A DNA stretch of 57,442 nucleotides, the filler included, from Candidatus Woesearchaeota archaeon (GTDB lineage: Archaea > Nanobdellota > Nanobdellia > Woesearchaeales > GCA-2685855): NCBI GenBank assembly GCA_002685855.1. It is 4 parts of 4 records of this genome, joined end to end, with 100 filler letters (N's around TTAATTAATTAA, not from the genome) between each part and the next. Parts side by side here need not be neighbours in the genome. Positions count along the whole stretch, not along the records: positions 29,011 to 46,096 come from NYYS01000056.1; positions 46,197 to 57,442 come from NYYS01000057.1; 2 more parts are not named here. One strand, given 5' to 3'. Every line of letters starts with the position of its first letter. Within the stretch, counting starts at the first letter, position 1. A program made the translations under genes and the position numbers. Below, piece by piece: positions 39,095 to 49,695 of this stretch. Below the pieces are notes generated by a model that did not search any database, was not told the origin of the DNA, and was given only the letters and a program-made list of their open reading frames with translations.

Positions 39095-39562
39095 ATGGAC
39101 GTCTTCTCAGAAATCGAAAAACTCCTCAAAGAAAAAGAGCTTCCCTACGAAGTCATGCATCACCAACCCTGCCACACATCCGAAGAAGCAGCAAAAATTC
39201 GAGGAACACGCATAGAACAAGGAGCAAAAGCACTCATCTTCCGATCAAAAGGAAAATATCTCATGGCAGTCATCGCAGGTGACAGAAAAGTAGACATGAA
39301 AAAACTAAAACAGATCATCAACTCAAAAAAACTCAGCCTTGCAACACCCGAACAAGTTCTCGAAATAACACACTGCAAGATCGGTTCAGTCCCCCCCTTT
39401 GGCAACCTCTTCAACATTCCCACCTATGCAGACACATCTGTTCTTCAAAACAAAAAGGTCTGGTTCAACGCAGGCCGCCACGAAACCTCTATTGGAATGC
39501 CATCAAAATCCTGGAACAAAGCAGTCCAGCCATTTATCGAAGAATTTCACTCAGATGAATAA
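39095..39562 (+). CDS. YbaK/prolyl-tRNA editing domain protein
   Basis: TSEEAA, GAKALI, LATPEQV, GSVPPFG, FNAG. Confidence 0.88.
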   Translation: MDVFSEIEKLLKEKELPYEVMHHQPCHTSEEAAKIRGTRIEQGAKALIFRSKGKYLMAVIAGDRKVDMKKLKQIINSKKLSLATPEQVLEITHCKIGSVPPFGNLFNIPTYADTSVLQNKKVWFNAGRHETSIGMPSKSWNKAVQPFIEEFHSDE

Positions 39563-39577
39563 CCCATTCGCTTTTTT

Positions 39578-40495
39578 CTACTCAAAATATCTTCCATCAT
39601 GCGTCACAACATAATCCCTATCCCTCAACTCGATCACCAGTCGTGGATGTTGATGAACATGCTCTGCATTCTCAGTGAAAAAAGCGATCTCTCCCTCATA
39701 CAACTCAGGATCCCTATACACATCTCTTCCTGAAACAAGATCATGTCTGCTTCGAATCATAAAAGAGATATCCTCTCCCTCCTTCACCCTGTCGCGAAGA
39801 TACTCTCTATCAAGCGGAAAGCGAAACACCGTCTCCCCAGGAGCATATTCTGCAATCCCAACAACCGGCTGCTCCTCCAACCGATTTCCTCCAAGAAAAT
39901 CTTCCCAACTCTCAAAACCACTACGCACACAGGCCTGATTCCAGTTAGCCCCTCCTCCATTCCAGCGAAGAGAGTGTCCACCTGATTTAAAATAGACTGC
40001 CTCTCCATCAGGATTCTCAAGTAAGGTAGAAAAATGTGAATGATGGGTATCAGGATTATTATCTGTCTCATTTGATTCACCCGAACCATAATCCCACCCT
40101 GAAGGAAGAGAATGAAGAGTAAACTCGGGCTGCTCCATACTCCCCAACTTACCTACACTTCCAACCTCAAAATAACCACCCCAAATACTATCAGGAACAA
40201 CCTCAAATGGCCCAACTACCTCCACAAAATGCCGGGATCGATTAACAACATACCTGCCCACTTCCTGATGCGGCTGTTTTACCATCCCAACCTTCCCTAA
40301 ATAAGAAGCCCCATTATCCTCATACTTCACAACATCCCCAAAATAATTACGACCCGCCGCCTTAGGATCGTTCTCATCAGGACCAAAAATATCCTTCACA
40401 ACATCACAACCTGTAGAACTCAAACCAATCAAAGAACCCAACCCAACAGATAACAATCCTTTAAAACCGTGCCGTCTCATAACAACAGAAATCAA
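39578..40495 (-). CDS. Hypothetical secreted/lipoprotein
   Basis: RR-containing leader, hydrophobic stretch, TGC; C-terminal PRLVI. Confidence 0.6.
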   Translation of the reverse strand: MISVVMRRHGFKGLLSVGLGSLIGLSSTGCDVVKDIFGPDENDPKAAGRNYFGDVVKYEDNGASYLGKVGMVKQPHQEVGRYVVNRSRHFVEVVGPFEVVPDSIWGGYFEVGSVGKLGSMEQPEFTLHSLPSGWDYGSGESNETDNNPDTHHSHFSTLLENPDGEAVYFKSGGHSLRWNGGGANWNQACVRSGFESWEDFLGGNRLEEQPVVGIAEYAPGETVFRFPLDREYLRDRVKEGEDISFMIRSRHDLVSGRDVYRDPELYEGEIAFFTENAEHVHQHPRLVIELRDRDYVVTHDGRYFE

Positions 40496-40500
40496 AAAGA

Positions 40501-41613
40501 TTATTTAAGCCTTCCTTTCCCGTCTCCAAACCGCTTCACAATCTCCTTCTTAAATGCAGAAAGCCTCCCCTCCCTAATAGCCTTCCGAATCCCATCCATA
40601 AGTTCCCTCATAAAGAACAAATTGTGTATACTCTTCAACCGCTTTGCCATCGGCTCCTTAATCTTGATCAGATGATGAATATACGCCCGACTATAATTCT
40701 TGCACGCATGACACCCACAAGAAGAATCAATAGGCCCAAGATCATCCCTGTACACAGCCCCATCGATATACAACTTTCCCTTTGAAGTATAGAGAGTATT
40801 ATGCCTGCCCGACTGCGTCGGGTAAACAGAATCAAAAAAGTCGATTCCCCGACTCACACACTCCACAACATCAACCGGGCTGCCAACTCCCATCAAGTAC
40901 CTTGGTTTATCCTCATCAAGATGCGGCAGCGCCCACTTGATTGCATGATACATATCCTCACGAGGCTCCCCAATAGCAATCCCTCCAATCGCATTCCCAT
41001 CAAACCCCATTGAATTAATAACTTTGGCCGACTCCTCCCGCGTCTCCTGAAAAAATCCCCCCTGACAGATCCCAAAAAGAAGCTGTCCCTCCCTCTTATG
41101 GGCCTTCTTACTCTCCGCCATCCAGCGATGAGTGTTCTCCATACTCTTCTGCACCTCTTCAAGCGAAGCCCCATACAACGGCATATCATCCAAACCCATA
41201 ACAATATCTGCACCAATCGTGTTCTGAATCTCCATAATATGTCCAGGAGTAATAAAATCGTTCTTGCAAAAAAAAGGATCCTTAAAGTGAATACCTCTTC
41301 GTGTTGTCTGTTGATGAAACTTACGACTCACCTGAAACCCCCCGCAATCAGTAGTAATAACCCCAGAATAGTTCATAAAACCATGAATTCCTCCAGCCTT
41401 CTCAATTATCTCGATCCCCGGCCGGCAGCTCAGAAGGTAACTATTACAGATAATCGCAGGAGATTCTATCTCTTTGTAATCATTAGGAGTCAGATACTTC
41501 CCTGTTCCTCGAGTTGCTACAGGCATAAAAAAAGGCGTTTCAATCCAGCCATGAGCAGTCTTCAACCTCCCCACACGAGCAGATCCATCTTTTGCAGTTA
41601 TCTCAAAGCTCAT
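40501..41613 (-). CDS. tgt: tRNA-guanine(34) transglycosylase, bacterial/queuine type
   Basis: ARVGRL, ETPFFMPVAT, TDCGGFQV, GICQGG, PRYLMGVG, CxCxxC..HN zinc site; ~370 aa, no PUA domain. Confidence 0.92.
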   Translation of the reverse strand: MSFEITAKDGSARVGRLKTAHGWIETPFFMPVATRGTGKYLTPNDYKEIESPAIICNSYLLSCRPGIEIIEKAGGIHGFMNYSGVITTDCGGFQVSRKFHQQTTRRGIHFKDPFFCKNDFITPGHIMEIQNTIGADIVMGLDDMPLYGASLEEVQKSMENTHRWMAESKKAHKREGQLLFGICQGGFFQETREESAKVINSMGFDGNAIGGIAIGEPREDMYHAIKWALPHLDEDKPRYLMGVGSPVDVVECVSRGIDFFDSVYPTQSGRHNTLYTSKGKLYIDGAVYRDDLGPIDSSCGCHACKNYSRAYIHHLIKIKEPMAKRLKSIHNLFFMRELMDGIRKAIREGRLSAFKKEIVKRFGDGKGRLK

Positions 41614-41799
41614 ACTCTCCAGGGAATCCCTTCCTCCTTTATAAACCTGTCCGACAAAGGTTCCTAGATCCAAAACACAAACCATTCTAACCCCTTTAAA
41701 AAGAAAAGATCCAAGAGCATTTAAAAACAAAACAATATATACAATATATTCTGAACAATTATATAGTTCAACCTCTTTCTTAATAACAAGGAGGTGCTA

Positions 41800-41943
41800 A
41801 TGGATTTAGATAAGCTCTACTTGGAAATACATAGGGCAAATTGTAAAGGAAAACAACATCTGCATATAACAGAAGAAGACGGTACAGAGGTTGATGTGGA
41901 AATTCCCTACATCGATCCCGCACTCTGTGATCAAGCATTATAA
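41800..41943 (+). CDS. Small 47-aa protein absent from the ORF track
   Basis: Strong SD AAGGAGGTG before ATG; MDLDKLYLEIHRANCKGKQHLHITEEDGTEVDVEIPYIDPALCDQAL. Confidence 0.6.
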   Translation: MDLDKLYLEIHRANCKGKQHLHITEEDGTEVDVEIPYIDPALCDQAL

Positions 41944-42017
41944 CCCTGCAAAACATAAACTACACAAAGCCCGCCAGAACCTATATCTTTTTATACTAGT
42001 TCTATCGTTGCTCTTAG

Positions 42018-43313
42018 ATGAGTTGGCTTTCTATTCAACAGGCAATAGAGAAAAAAACAGGAACCGTTTCCATTAGAGGATGGGTCTATCGCGAAAGAGG
42101 ATCAAACAAATTAAAATTTCTCGTACTCAGAGATGCAACAAATATCATTCAATGCATCTTTGAAAAAACAAACTTCGCCGAAGAAGAATGGAACGCCCTC
42201 GACAAGATTCAGATAGAAGCCTCAATCGAAATAAAAGGAACTATAAAAAAAGATGACCGTGCTCCAACAGGATTCGAAGTAAATGTTGAATCCTTCAACA
42301 TCATCGGCCTATCCGACACATTTCCTATCACAAAAGACCAATCAAAAGAATTTCTTGCAGATAACAGACACCTTTGGATACGAAGCAGAAAACAAACAGC
42401 CATTCTAAAAATAAGAAGCACAGTTTTTGGTGCAATACATGAATACTTTCGAACCAATGATTTCTATGAATACCAAAGTCCCATATTCCAGTCAACACAA
42501 TGCGAAGGAGGATCGTCCCTTTTTGAAGTAAACTACTTTGGAAAAAAACTTTTTCTTGCACAAACCTGGCAACTCTTTGCAGAAGCAGGCATCTTCAGCT
42601 TAGAAAAAATCTATACAATAGCCCCTTCCTTTCGTGCTGAAAAATCCAAAACATCTCGCCATCTCACAGAGTATTGGCATGCAGAAATGGAAGGAGCGTG
42701 GTTCTCATTCAAAGACATCCAAGATCATGGAGAAGCACTCATCAAATACGTTGTAAAAAACGTTCTAGACAAAAACAAACCCGAACTTGAACTCCTGGAA
42801 CGAGACACAAAAATATTAAAAACAACACTCGAAAAACCCTTTGCACGCATCACCTACACAGAGGCACTAGAACTTCTCGAAAAAAAATTCAATAAAAAAG
42901 TTTCTTGGGGGAAAGACCTTCGAACAATAGAAGAAAACAAACTTTCAGAACTCTACGACACACCCATCATCATCACAAACTATCCAAAGATTGTTAAAGC
43001 ATTCTACATGAAAGAAAACAAGGAAGATCCGAATGTTGTACATGGATTCGACTGTGTTGCACCCGAAGGATATGGAGAACTTATCGGAGGATCAGAACGC
43101 GAATCAGACATTGAAAAAATTGAAAAACGACTTCTTGACGAAGGTGAAAACCTTGCTGATTACAAATTCTACCTCGACACACGAAGATACGGAAGCATCC
43201 CCCACGCAGGATTCGGACTGGGCGCAGAACGACTCATAAGCTGGATATGCAAATTGGAAAATATTAAAGACGCAATTGCATTTCCGAGAACACCCTTGCG
43301 CTATGCACCATAA
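42018..43313 (+). CDS. asnS: Asparagine--tRNA ligase
   Basis: IRGWV, NRHLWIRS, EGGSSLF, FRAEKSKTSRHLTEYW, VKAFYM, GELIGGSERE, RRYGSIPHAGFGLG. Confidence 0.92.
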   Translation: MSWLSIQQAIEKKTGTVSIRGWVYRERGSNKLKFLVLRDATNIIQCIFEKTNFAEEEWNALDKIQIEASIEIKGTIKKDDRAPTGFEVNVESFNIIGLSDTFPITKDQSKEFLADNRHLWIRSRKQTAILKIRSTVFGAIHEYFRTNDFYEYQSPIFQSTQCEGGSSLFEVNYFGKKLFLAQTWQLFAEAGIFSLEKIYTIAPSFRAEKSKTSRHLTEYWHAEMEGAWFSFKDIQDHGEALIKYVVKNVLDKNKPELELLERDTKILKTTLEKPFARITYTEALELLEKKFNKKVSWGKDLRTIEENKLSELYDTPIIITNYPKIVKAFYMKENKEDPNVVHGFDCVAPEGYGELIGGSERESDIEKIEKRLLDEGENLADYKFYLDTRRYGSIPHAGFGLGAERLISWICKLENIKDAIAFPRTPLRYAP

Positions 43314-43378
43314 CTTTTTAAAAGAATAGAAAAACTTAAAAAACATCCCCGCATCTTTCCACTGTCAAACCAAACAAA

Positions 43379-43753
43379 ATGGAAAAAAGAACAATCGCAG
43401 GTTGTCTATTCATAGACTCAGATAAAATTCTCCTCATCAAACGCGCAAAAGAAAAAACATGGGAGCTTCCCGGCGGAACACAAGAAGAAGGAGAAGATCC
43501 TGAAGAAACCGCACTCAGAGAAACAAAAGAGGAAATTGGCGTAGATGCAGAAATCATCCAGCAATTCGGAACCTACGAATTTCTTAAAGACTCAATCAGA
43601 TACGAGAACTTCGTATTCGAGGCAACCATAAAAACCGGAAAACCACTTCCTAAAGTAATTGAAGGAATTGAAGAAGTAGAATGGATCCCCATAAAAAAAA
43701 TAAACAACTATCCTCTTTCTCCAAATATACCTCTTATCCTGGAAGACCTATAA
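43379..43753 (+). CDS. Nudix hydrolase (MutT-like)
   Basis: WELPGGTQEEGEDPEETALRETKEEIG Nudix box. Confidence 0.92.
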   Translation: MEKRTIAGCLFIDSDKILLIKRAKEKTWELPGGTQEEGEDPEETALRETKEEIGVDAEIIQQFGTYEFLKDSIRYENFVFEATIKTGKPLPKVIEGIEEVEWIPIKKINNYPLSPNIPLILEDL

Positions 43754-43779
43754 CATAGCACTCCAACAAATGCGGTCTC

Positions 43780-45021
43780 TTAATCTTTTAGATCTTCTTC
43801 TTTCAGATCCTCTATCAATTCTGAAAAAAGTGTCTCTGCATCTTTCTTAATAGAACTCTCATATTCATACACCTTCTGACCCTCTTCTTTCTCAACAGAA
43901 AAAACATCCATAAGTTTCCTAATAAGATCCTCTTCGCGAGAAGAAAAAGAAATCTTAATCTGACCAAGATGCTCCTGAATCAACTCCTGTTCCAGCTCCT
44001 CTGCTGTCGACTGACTAACCTTTATCTCTTCAAACTCCTCACTTTTCAACTTTGAAATACTTTTCAAAACACAATATGCTCCATTATCAATAAAAGTTTC
44101 ATTAATCTTTCTAAACGCAATATCAGAACTCTTTCCTCTCTGCATCCTTCCTGCAATACGCAGAAGAATAATCTTATCCGAAACATTTTCTCTCGATGCA
44201 ATCGAAAAAACCTCCTGACTTACCTCTTCAGGTAAACGATGATCCGCATTCACCTCTACAAGTTCAACCTCTTTCAGAACAAGAGGATGATACACAACAT
44301 TTCCCTCATCATAAATATAAAATCCGCCCTGTTTCAACTTCTCAAGTTCAGAAAAATTATTCGGAAACAAAGGACCAGGAAAAACAACATTCTTTCTGTT
44401 CTCAAAATTTCCTCTCTCAACAATATGAACATGACCCCCTGCATAATAATCAAACCCTGCAGGAAGAAGACTCACACCACTAGACTCCATCTTCTCCAGC
44501 TCCTTCGGCTTCATCTCTGTAATAGCTGTATGAAACATAAAAATCTTAAACCCCTCTTCCTGCTCTAAACTCTTCCTATCCAGAAACTCATAATACTTCC
44601 GATCAAGCATCCCCCTCTTTCCTACCATTCCAGCTATCTTTGCACCTGTTTTCTCATCGATCGTAAAACGCAAAAACAATTTTCCCTCCCGAACATCTCC
44701 CTGCACAACATTCTTTCCTAGATCTGCCTCCTCTAACACATCCAGCATCGTCTTCCCTGTCGGACTAAAATCATGACTTCCTGCAATAAAATAAATAGGA
44801 ATCCCCTTCAAACGAATCTCCCGCAACTTCCTCACAACCTGTTTCAGATTATCAATACGCGGCATAGATGTATGAAACAAATCACCAGAAATAAGAATGA
44901 AATCAACCTTTAACTCCACACAACGATCCATCGCCATCAAAAAAGCATCCGTGCTCATATCACGAAGCAAAGGATCTCTCCAACTTCCAATATGTACATC
45001 AGCGAGGTGAGCAAACTTCAT
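43780..45021 (-). CDS. mre11: Mre11/SbcD family DNA repair nuclease
   Basis: HLADVHIG, SGDLFH, AGSHD, YYAGGHVH. Confidence 0.88.
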   Translation of the reverse strand: MKFAHLADVHIGSWRDPLLRDMSTDAFLMAMDRCVELKVDFILISGDLFHTSMPRIDNLKQVVRKLREIRLKGIPIYFIAGSHDFSPTGKTMLDVLEEADLGKNVVQGDVREGKLFLRFTIDEKTGAKIAGMVGKRGMLDRKYYEFLDRKSLEQEEGFKIFMFHTAITEMKPKELEKMESSGVSLLPAGFDYYAGGHVHIVERGNFENRKNVVFPGPLFPNNFSELEKLKQGGFYIYDEGNVVYHPLVLKEVELVEVNADHRLPEEVSQEVFSIASRENVSDKIILLRIAGRMQRGKSSDIAFRKINETFIDNGAYCVLKSISKLKSEEFEEIKVSQSTAEELEQELIQEHLGQIKISFSSREEDLIRKLMDVFSVEKEEGQKVYEYESSIKKDAETLFSELIEDLKEEDLKD

Positions 45022-45070
45022 TCAGAAAAGAAAACCTTGTTTCTATATATGGCTTATGCTATTTTTTAAA

Positions 45071-45823
45071 TTACGGAGCTCCGCCCCGCCGTCGAATAGG
45101 AGGTCCATTTCCTTGCATTGCATCAATCCCATTACCCAACGTCTGCAATCCGACATAAAGAAGTCCTGCACCAACCGCAGCACACAAGCCAATATCTCCC
45201 AAACTTGTTGTTCCTGCAACAGTCACAACATGATCAGGACTTAGACGATCAATAAAAGGAACATGTTCTAATCCGGGAATATGGTCATAGACAATCTGAG
45301 CTGCCTTGCTCAAATGATGGGTAGAATAATGAATATTTCCACCAACAGTCCTATGCGCTGTAGATGATTCAGAGAGCTTATGAACGCCTCCAAGTACGGC
45401 TGAACTCCCCGCTACAACACCAACAAGGCTTTCCACACCACCAACAGCAACCTGAGAAACGCCATCACACAGCACCTCCTCAGTCCGTGTAGGATCTGTT
45501 CGATTCCCCCGTACATCATTCCATCCTCTTCGAATACTGCGAGCCCCAAAATAACCTAAAAGAGTTGCTCCACCTGCATAAAGAAGACCCTTTCCTAAAC
45601 CCATTGTTGTAACGCCATTTCCAAGAAATAATCCCTCCTTAAGATGCTCTGCAACGCTTCCCGTGCCGCCATATCCTGCTGCATAGAGGCTTCCTACACC
45701 CAATTTAAATGCAGTATGCACTCCAATTGCTGTCTCTACAGTTCCTACAACAAGATTAGAAAGTCCTTCTGAAACACGTTCTCTTAAATTCTGATTATCT
45801 CTCAAAGGGGTTGGGATTGCCAT
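45071..45823 (-). CDS. Gly-rich hydrophobic hypothetical protein with internal duplication
   Basis: Two related ~100-aa halves; TATA TTTTAAA upstream. Confidence 0.65.
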   Translation of the reverse strand: MAIPTPLRDNQNLRERVSEGLSNLVVGTVETAIGVHTAFKLGVGSLYAAGYGGTGSVAEHLKEGLFLGNGVTTMGLGKGLLYAGGATLLGYFGARSIRRGWNDVRGNRTDPTRTEEVLCDGVSQVAVGGVESLVGVVAGSSAVLGGVHKLSESSTAHRTVGGNIHYSTHHLSKAAQIVYDHIPGLEHVPFIDRLSPDHVVTVAGTTSLGDIGLCAAVGAGLLYVGLQTLGNGIDAMQGNGPPIRRRGGAP

Positions 45824-45902
45824 GCTGCAGTGAATCCTGTCGCCTTTTTAAAACTTTCTATTCGTCATCACTTAAAAGTGATTAACTTGATTGTTAGCTC
45901 TG

Positions 45903-46096
45903 CTTTCTCACAGAGAAAGTTAGGAATGACTTAATGAGTATAGTTACTCAAAGAGTAACTTAGGAACGCTAGTGACTCTACTTTATCGAAGATAAAGTTA
46001 AGAACGATACTGAAAATAAAGAGTACTACGTCCTTTAGGGCGTAGGGTTTGAGTTCTTTTAGAAAAATTTTTCAGGGGCGGTGCCCCTGAATTGAG
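45903..46096. repeat. Structured non-coding repeat, copy 2 (runs into gap)
   Basis: Matches 28750-28910, with a longer variable segment carrying hairpin ACTTTATC-GAA-GATAAAGT. Confidence 0.85.
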
Positions 46097-46196
46097 NNNN
46101 NNNNNNNNNNNNNNNNNNNNNNNNNNNNNNNNNNNNNNNNTTAATTAATTAANNNNNNNNNNNNNNNNNNNNNNNNNNNNNNNNNNNNNNNNNNNN
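46097..46196. other. Assembly spacer with artificial linker
   Basis: N-run containing TTAATTAATTAA (46141-46152). Confidence 0.97.
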
Positions 46197-47676
46197 AAGC
46201 AGCATATAAAATAGCTCCTTTCTCAGTCAGACACTGTGCAAAGCTATCTGTATCAGCAGATAGGCTCACCTCTGGCTCAGAAGGGCTCTCTTCCTTAAAA
46301 ACCACCTGTTTGCCCGTATCAGAACACTCACCCCAATTTTCCAGATAGTTACAGATAGTTGCCTTCTCTCTCAAACCCAGTATATACTCCTCATAGACCT
46401 CAGCACCTTTTGTAGCCTTAATAACGTCTGTAATCTGGTCAGAAACATCCTCAACCTCGGCAGATTCAGCACCTATCTTATCATACACAAGGATAATATG
46501 ATACCCAAAATCCGTCTCAACCGGATCTGAGATCTCATCTAAACCCGTAGCAAAGGCCGTTTCCTCAAACTCAGGAACCATCCTCCCCTTTCCAAAACTC
46601 CCTAAATCCCCTCCATTCACATTTGAGGGCCCATCCGAGTTCTCCATAGCCAGATCAGCAAAATTTTCTGGAGTGGCCTGGGATAAGAGATCAGAGATAA
46701 CTTCAAACGCCTCTTCCTTAGAACGATTCTGTTCACAATTTAATGCACCCTCATAACAGACAAGAATATGCCGTGCTCCAACCTGCTCTTCCTGCTCAAA
46801 CATTGCCTGATTCTCATCAAAATAGACTTGAATCTCCTCCTCACTCACTTCAACATCATTCAATACAATATCCTCCACCAACATATTAATAATCTCCTGC
46901 TTCTTAAAAACATCCAAAAAGAGCTCATAGCTAATACCCTGGAGTTCAAGATTTGCTTTAAAATCCTCTTCAGTCATTCCTGAGCTATCCAGATTTTCCT
47001 GCACCAGCTTCAACACCTCACCGTCAGAAACAGTAATACCTCTCTCTTCAGCATCCTGTAAAAGAAGCGTTTCATCGATCGTACGATTCAGAAGAGTCTC
47101 CTTTGTAATAAAAAGCTTATACTCAGAAGGCAGAATCTTATACTTCTCCTCAATAGTTGAAAGAAGAATAGGCTCTCCATTAACTTCAGCGGCAACCTCG
47201 CTGGTGCTCGGTTGAGAAAGAGGCTCTTTTAGTTTCATAAAAAAGAGAGCCAGACCAATAATAACCAACGCTGCAATAACAATTCCAGCAACCAGAACAC
47301 CTGTATCAGATGATTTTCGATGCTGCTTCTTCCTGGAATGGTGCTGTGGCTTTGCCAATACCTTGACTTTCTTAGGGTGAGAACTCGTTTCTTCACTTGG
47401 TTTTTTTTCGTTCATAGGCTCTCCTTTTTTTAGATGAGCTTCTTTAGGCTTGGAAGGATTTGCATCCACAACAAGAAACGGCTTGTCAGAAGCAGACTTT
47501 TTCTCCTCAGGTTTCCTCTTAGTTTCTTCTGTCTTTTTAGCTCCTGTTTCATTCTCTTTTTTCTCAGAAAATGCCTCATTCATAGCCTGAATACTCTCCT
47601 CAGGCGTCTCCTCCTTCACACCAATATCAAAGCTATACTTTACAGAATTCTGAGGAAAATCTTCTTCTTTAGCCAC
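46197..47676 (-). CDS. Membrane-anchored SurA/PrsA-like parvulin PPIase, 3' truncated
   Basis: Charged N-terminus, TM helix, [33 protein letters not shown]. Confidence 0.88.
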
Positions 47677-47793
47677 AAACTCACCTATTTAGTTCTTCAC
47701 CCCTTTTTGGTAACCTCAACGAATGCCGATTTTTATATAAAATTTTCGTTTGAAATCAGAACGTTTATATACCTCTTTTTTATAGGATACTCC

Positions 47794-48387
47794 ATGAAGA
47801 TAAAAGAGGCGATGGAAAAGGATGTAGCGACAGTAAGCCCAAATGCTTCAATATTCCATGCAACCCAACTTATGGCACGCTTCAAAACAGCCCTTCTCGT
47901 AGTAGCAGACCACCATCAACCAGTAGGGCTCCTCTCTGCAAAAGAGATCTGCACAAAGGTAATCGCAAAAGACAAAACAAACCTTTTACCCGTCAAAGAG
48001 GTCATGCTAAAAAAAGTACTCACAAAAACCCCTCAAGAAGACTCTGTAGGCCTTATCCAGATCATGAAAGAAGAAAAAGTACCCCTTGTAGTAGTGGTCA
48101 ACAAAAACAACAAGATCGTTGGCAGTATAACCTACGACAGCCTCATCCACCACCTTGTTGAAGAGGTGGAATTCTTAGACAAATCCCTCCACCATAAAAA
48201 CATCTCCCTTAAAGACTATCGAACAAAATCCGAACAGTTCATGCACGAAATAGAAGACACCTATGAAGCAGACGTTGCCTGGCACTGGATCTGCAAAGAT
48301 TGCAGACACACATTCTTAGTAAAAGAAGGAACCAAAAAAAAGAACTGTCCACTCTGCAAAAGCAAAAAAATAAAGGTGAAACGTTAG
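47794..48387 (+). CDS. CBS-pair protein with C-terminal zinc ribbon
   Basis: MKIKEAMEKDVATVSP, VKEVM, IVGSIT; WICKDC..CPLC; TATA TTTATATA at ~47764. Confidence 0.85.
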   Translation: MKIKEAMEKDVATVSPNASIFHATQLMARFKTALLVVADHHQPVGLLSAKEICTKVIAKDKTNLLPVKEVMLKKVLTKTPQEDSVGLIQIMKEEKVPLVVVVNKNNKIVGSITYDSLIHHLVEEVEFLDKSLHHKNISLKDYRTKSEQFMHEIEDTYEADVAWHWICKDCRHTFLVKEGTKKKNCPLCKSKKIKVKR

Positions 48388-49695
48388 ATGTATGACATTG
48401 TAATCGGCAGAAGTGAATCCGACAAAAAACTCTATGGACTAAGAGGAGCAGTACTCGTCGGAAAACACTTTGTAAAAATGGGAGCAACATCCTCCCTGGC
48501 AAACAAAGTCTACATGGACGTAACACGAAGTCACATCGTCTTTGTCTGTGGGAAGCGTGGAGGGGGAAAGAGCTACACCATGGGAGTGATCGCAGAAGGA
48601 ATGGCAAACCTCGAAAAAGACATTGCACAAAACCTCTCCATCATCATGCTCGACACCATGGGAATCTACTGGACCATGAAATACCCCAACAAAAAAGACA
48701 AAAAACTCTTAGACGACTGGGGACTCGACGTAAAAATCTACACACCAACAGGATTCTACAACGACTACAAAAAAAAAGGAATCCCCACAGACTTTCCTTT
48801 CTCAGTACAACCATCAGAACTCACAGGAAGCGACTGGGTTATGACCTTCGGTCTCGATTCAAGCGATTCCGTAGCAGTATTAATCGAAAGAATAATCTAC
48901 CAACTCAAAGAAGAAGCAAAACCGTTCGACCTTGAAATGATCATGAAACGAGTCATGAACGACCCCGACGCAGAAAAGGTCACAAAACTCTCAGCAAAAA
49001 ACTACTTCCAAGAATGCCTTGCATGGGGGCTCTTTGACAAAGAAGGAACACCCCTCAAAGACCTCGCAAAAGGAGGACAAGTATCTGTCCTCGACGTAAG
49101 CTGCTACGCAACAACAAGCGGAGGATGGAAAGTAAAAAACCTCGTTATCGGACTAGTCGCCCAAAAACTCTTCCTCCAACGAATGCTCGCACGAAAAGAC
49201 GAAGAATTCCTCCAACTCAAAGCAGAGATGAACTACTACTCAGAAGAAGGATTCAAAAAACAGGACTTTCCCCTTGTCTGGCTGGTAATAGATGAAGCAC
49301 ACGAATTCCTCCCAGTAAAAGGAAAAACACTCGCAACAGACCCTCTTGTAACCATCCTCAGAGAAGGAAGACAACCCGGCATCTCATTAATACTCGCAAC
49401 ACAACAACCCGGAAAGATCCACACAGACGTCATGACACAATCCGACACCGTCATCGCACACCGCATAACAGCAAAACCCGACGTTGAAGCATTAGGAATG
49501 CTCATGCAAAGCTACATGAGAGAAGGAATGGTAACCGCATTAGACAACCTCCCCCGTGTAAAAGGAGCAGGCATTGTATTCGACGACACAAACGAAAGAA
49601 TGTACCCTATGCGGGTCCGTCCGCGATTTACCTGGCACGGAGGAGAAGCACCAAGAGCAATCCACGAAAAAAAAGAGGAAGATCTCCTGTTCTAA
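48388..49695 (+). CDS. HerA/FtsK-like (DUF87) ATPase
   Basis: CGKRGGGKSY, LVIDEAHEF, LREGRQPG, LATQQPG. Confidence 0.85.
   Translation: MYDIVIGRSESDKKLYGLRGAVLVGKHFVKMGATSSLANKVYMDVTRSHIVFVCGKRGGGKSYTMGVIAEGMANLEKDIAQNLSIIMLDTMGIYWTMKYPNKKDKKLLDDWGLDVKIYTPTGFYNDYKKKGIPTDFPFSVQPSELTGSDWVMTFGLDSSDSVAVLIERIIYQLKEEAKPFDLEMIMKRVMNDPDAEKVTKLSAKNYFQECLAWGLFDKEGTPLKDLAKGGQVSVLDVSCYATTSGGWKVKNLVIGLVAQKLFLQRMLARKDEEFLQLKAEMNYYSEEGFKKQDFPLVWLVIDEAHEFLPVKGKTLATDPLVTILREGRQPGISLILATQQPGKIHTDVMTQSDTVIAHRITAKPDVEALGMLMQSYMREGMVTALDNLPRVKGAGIVFDDTNERMYPMRVRPRFTWHGGEAPRAIHEKKEEDLLF

Noticed and set aside
47434..47793. N-terminal extension of the CBS protein (similar extensions on adk, aspS, tgt and ORF 34151)
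   Set aside because: Extensions overlap neighbouring genes or promoters; downstream ATGs fit TATA spacing, gene coupling or family starts
43780..49695. Mre11-HerA repair operon
   Set aside because: Separated by an assembly gap; no rad50 or nurA adjacent
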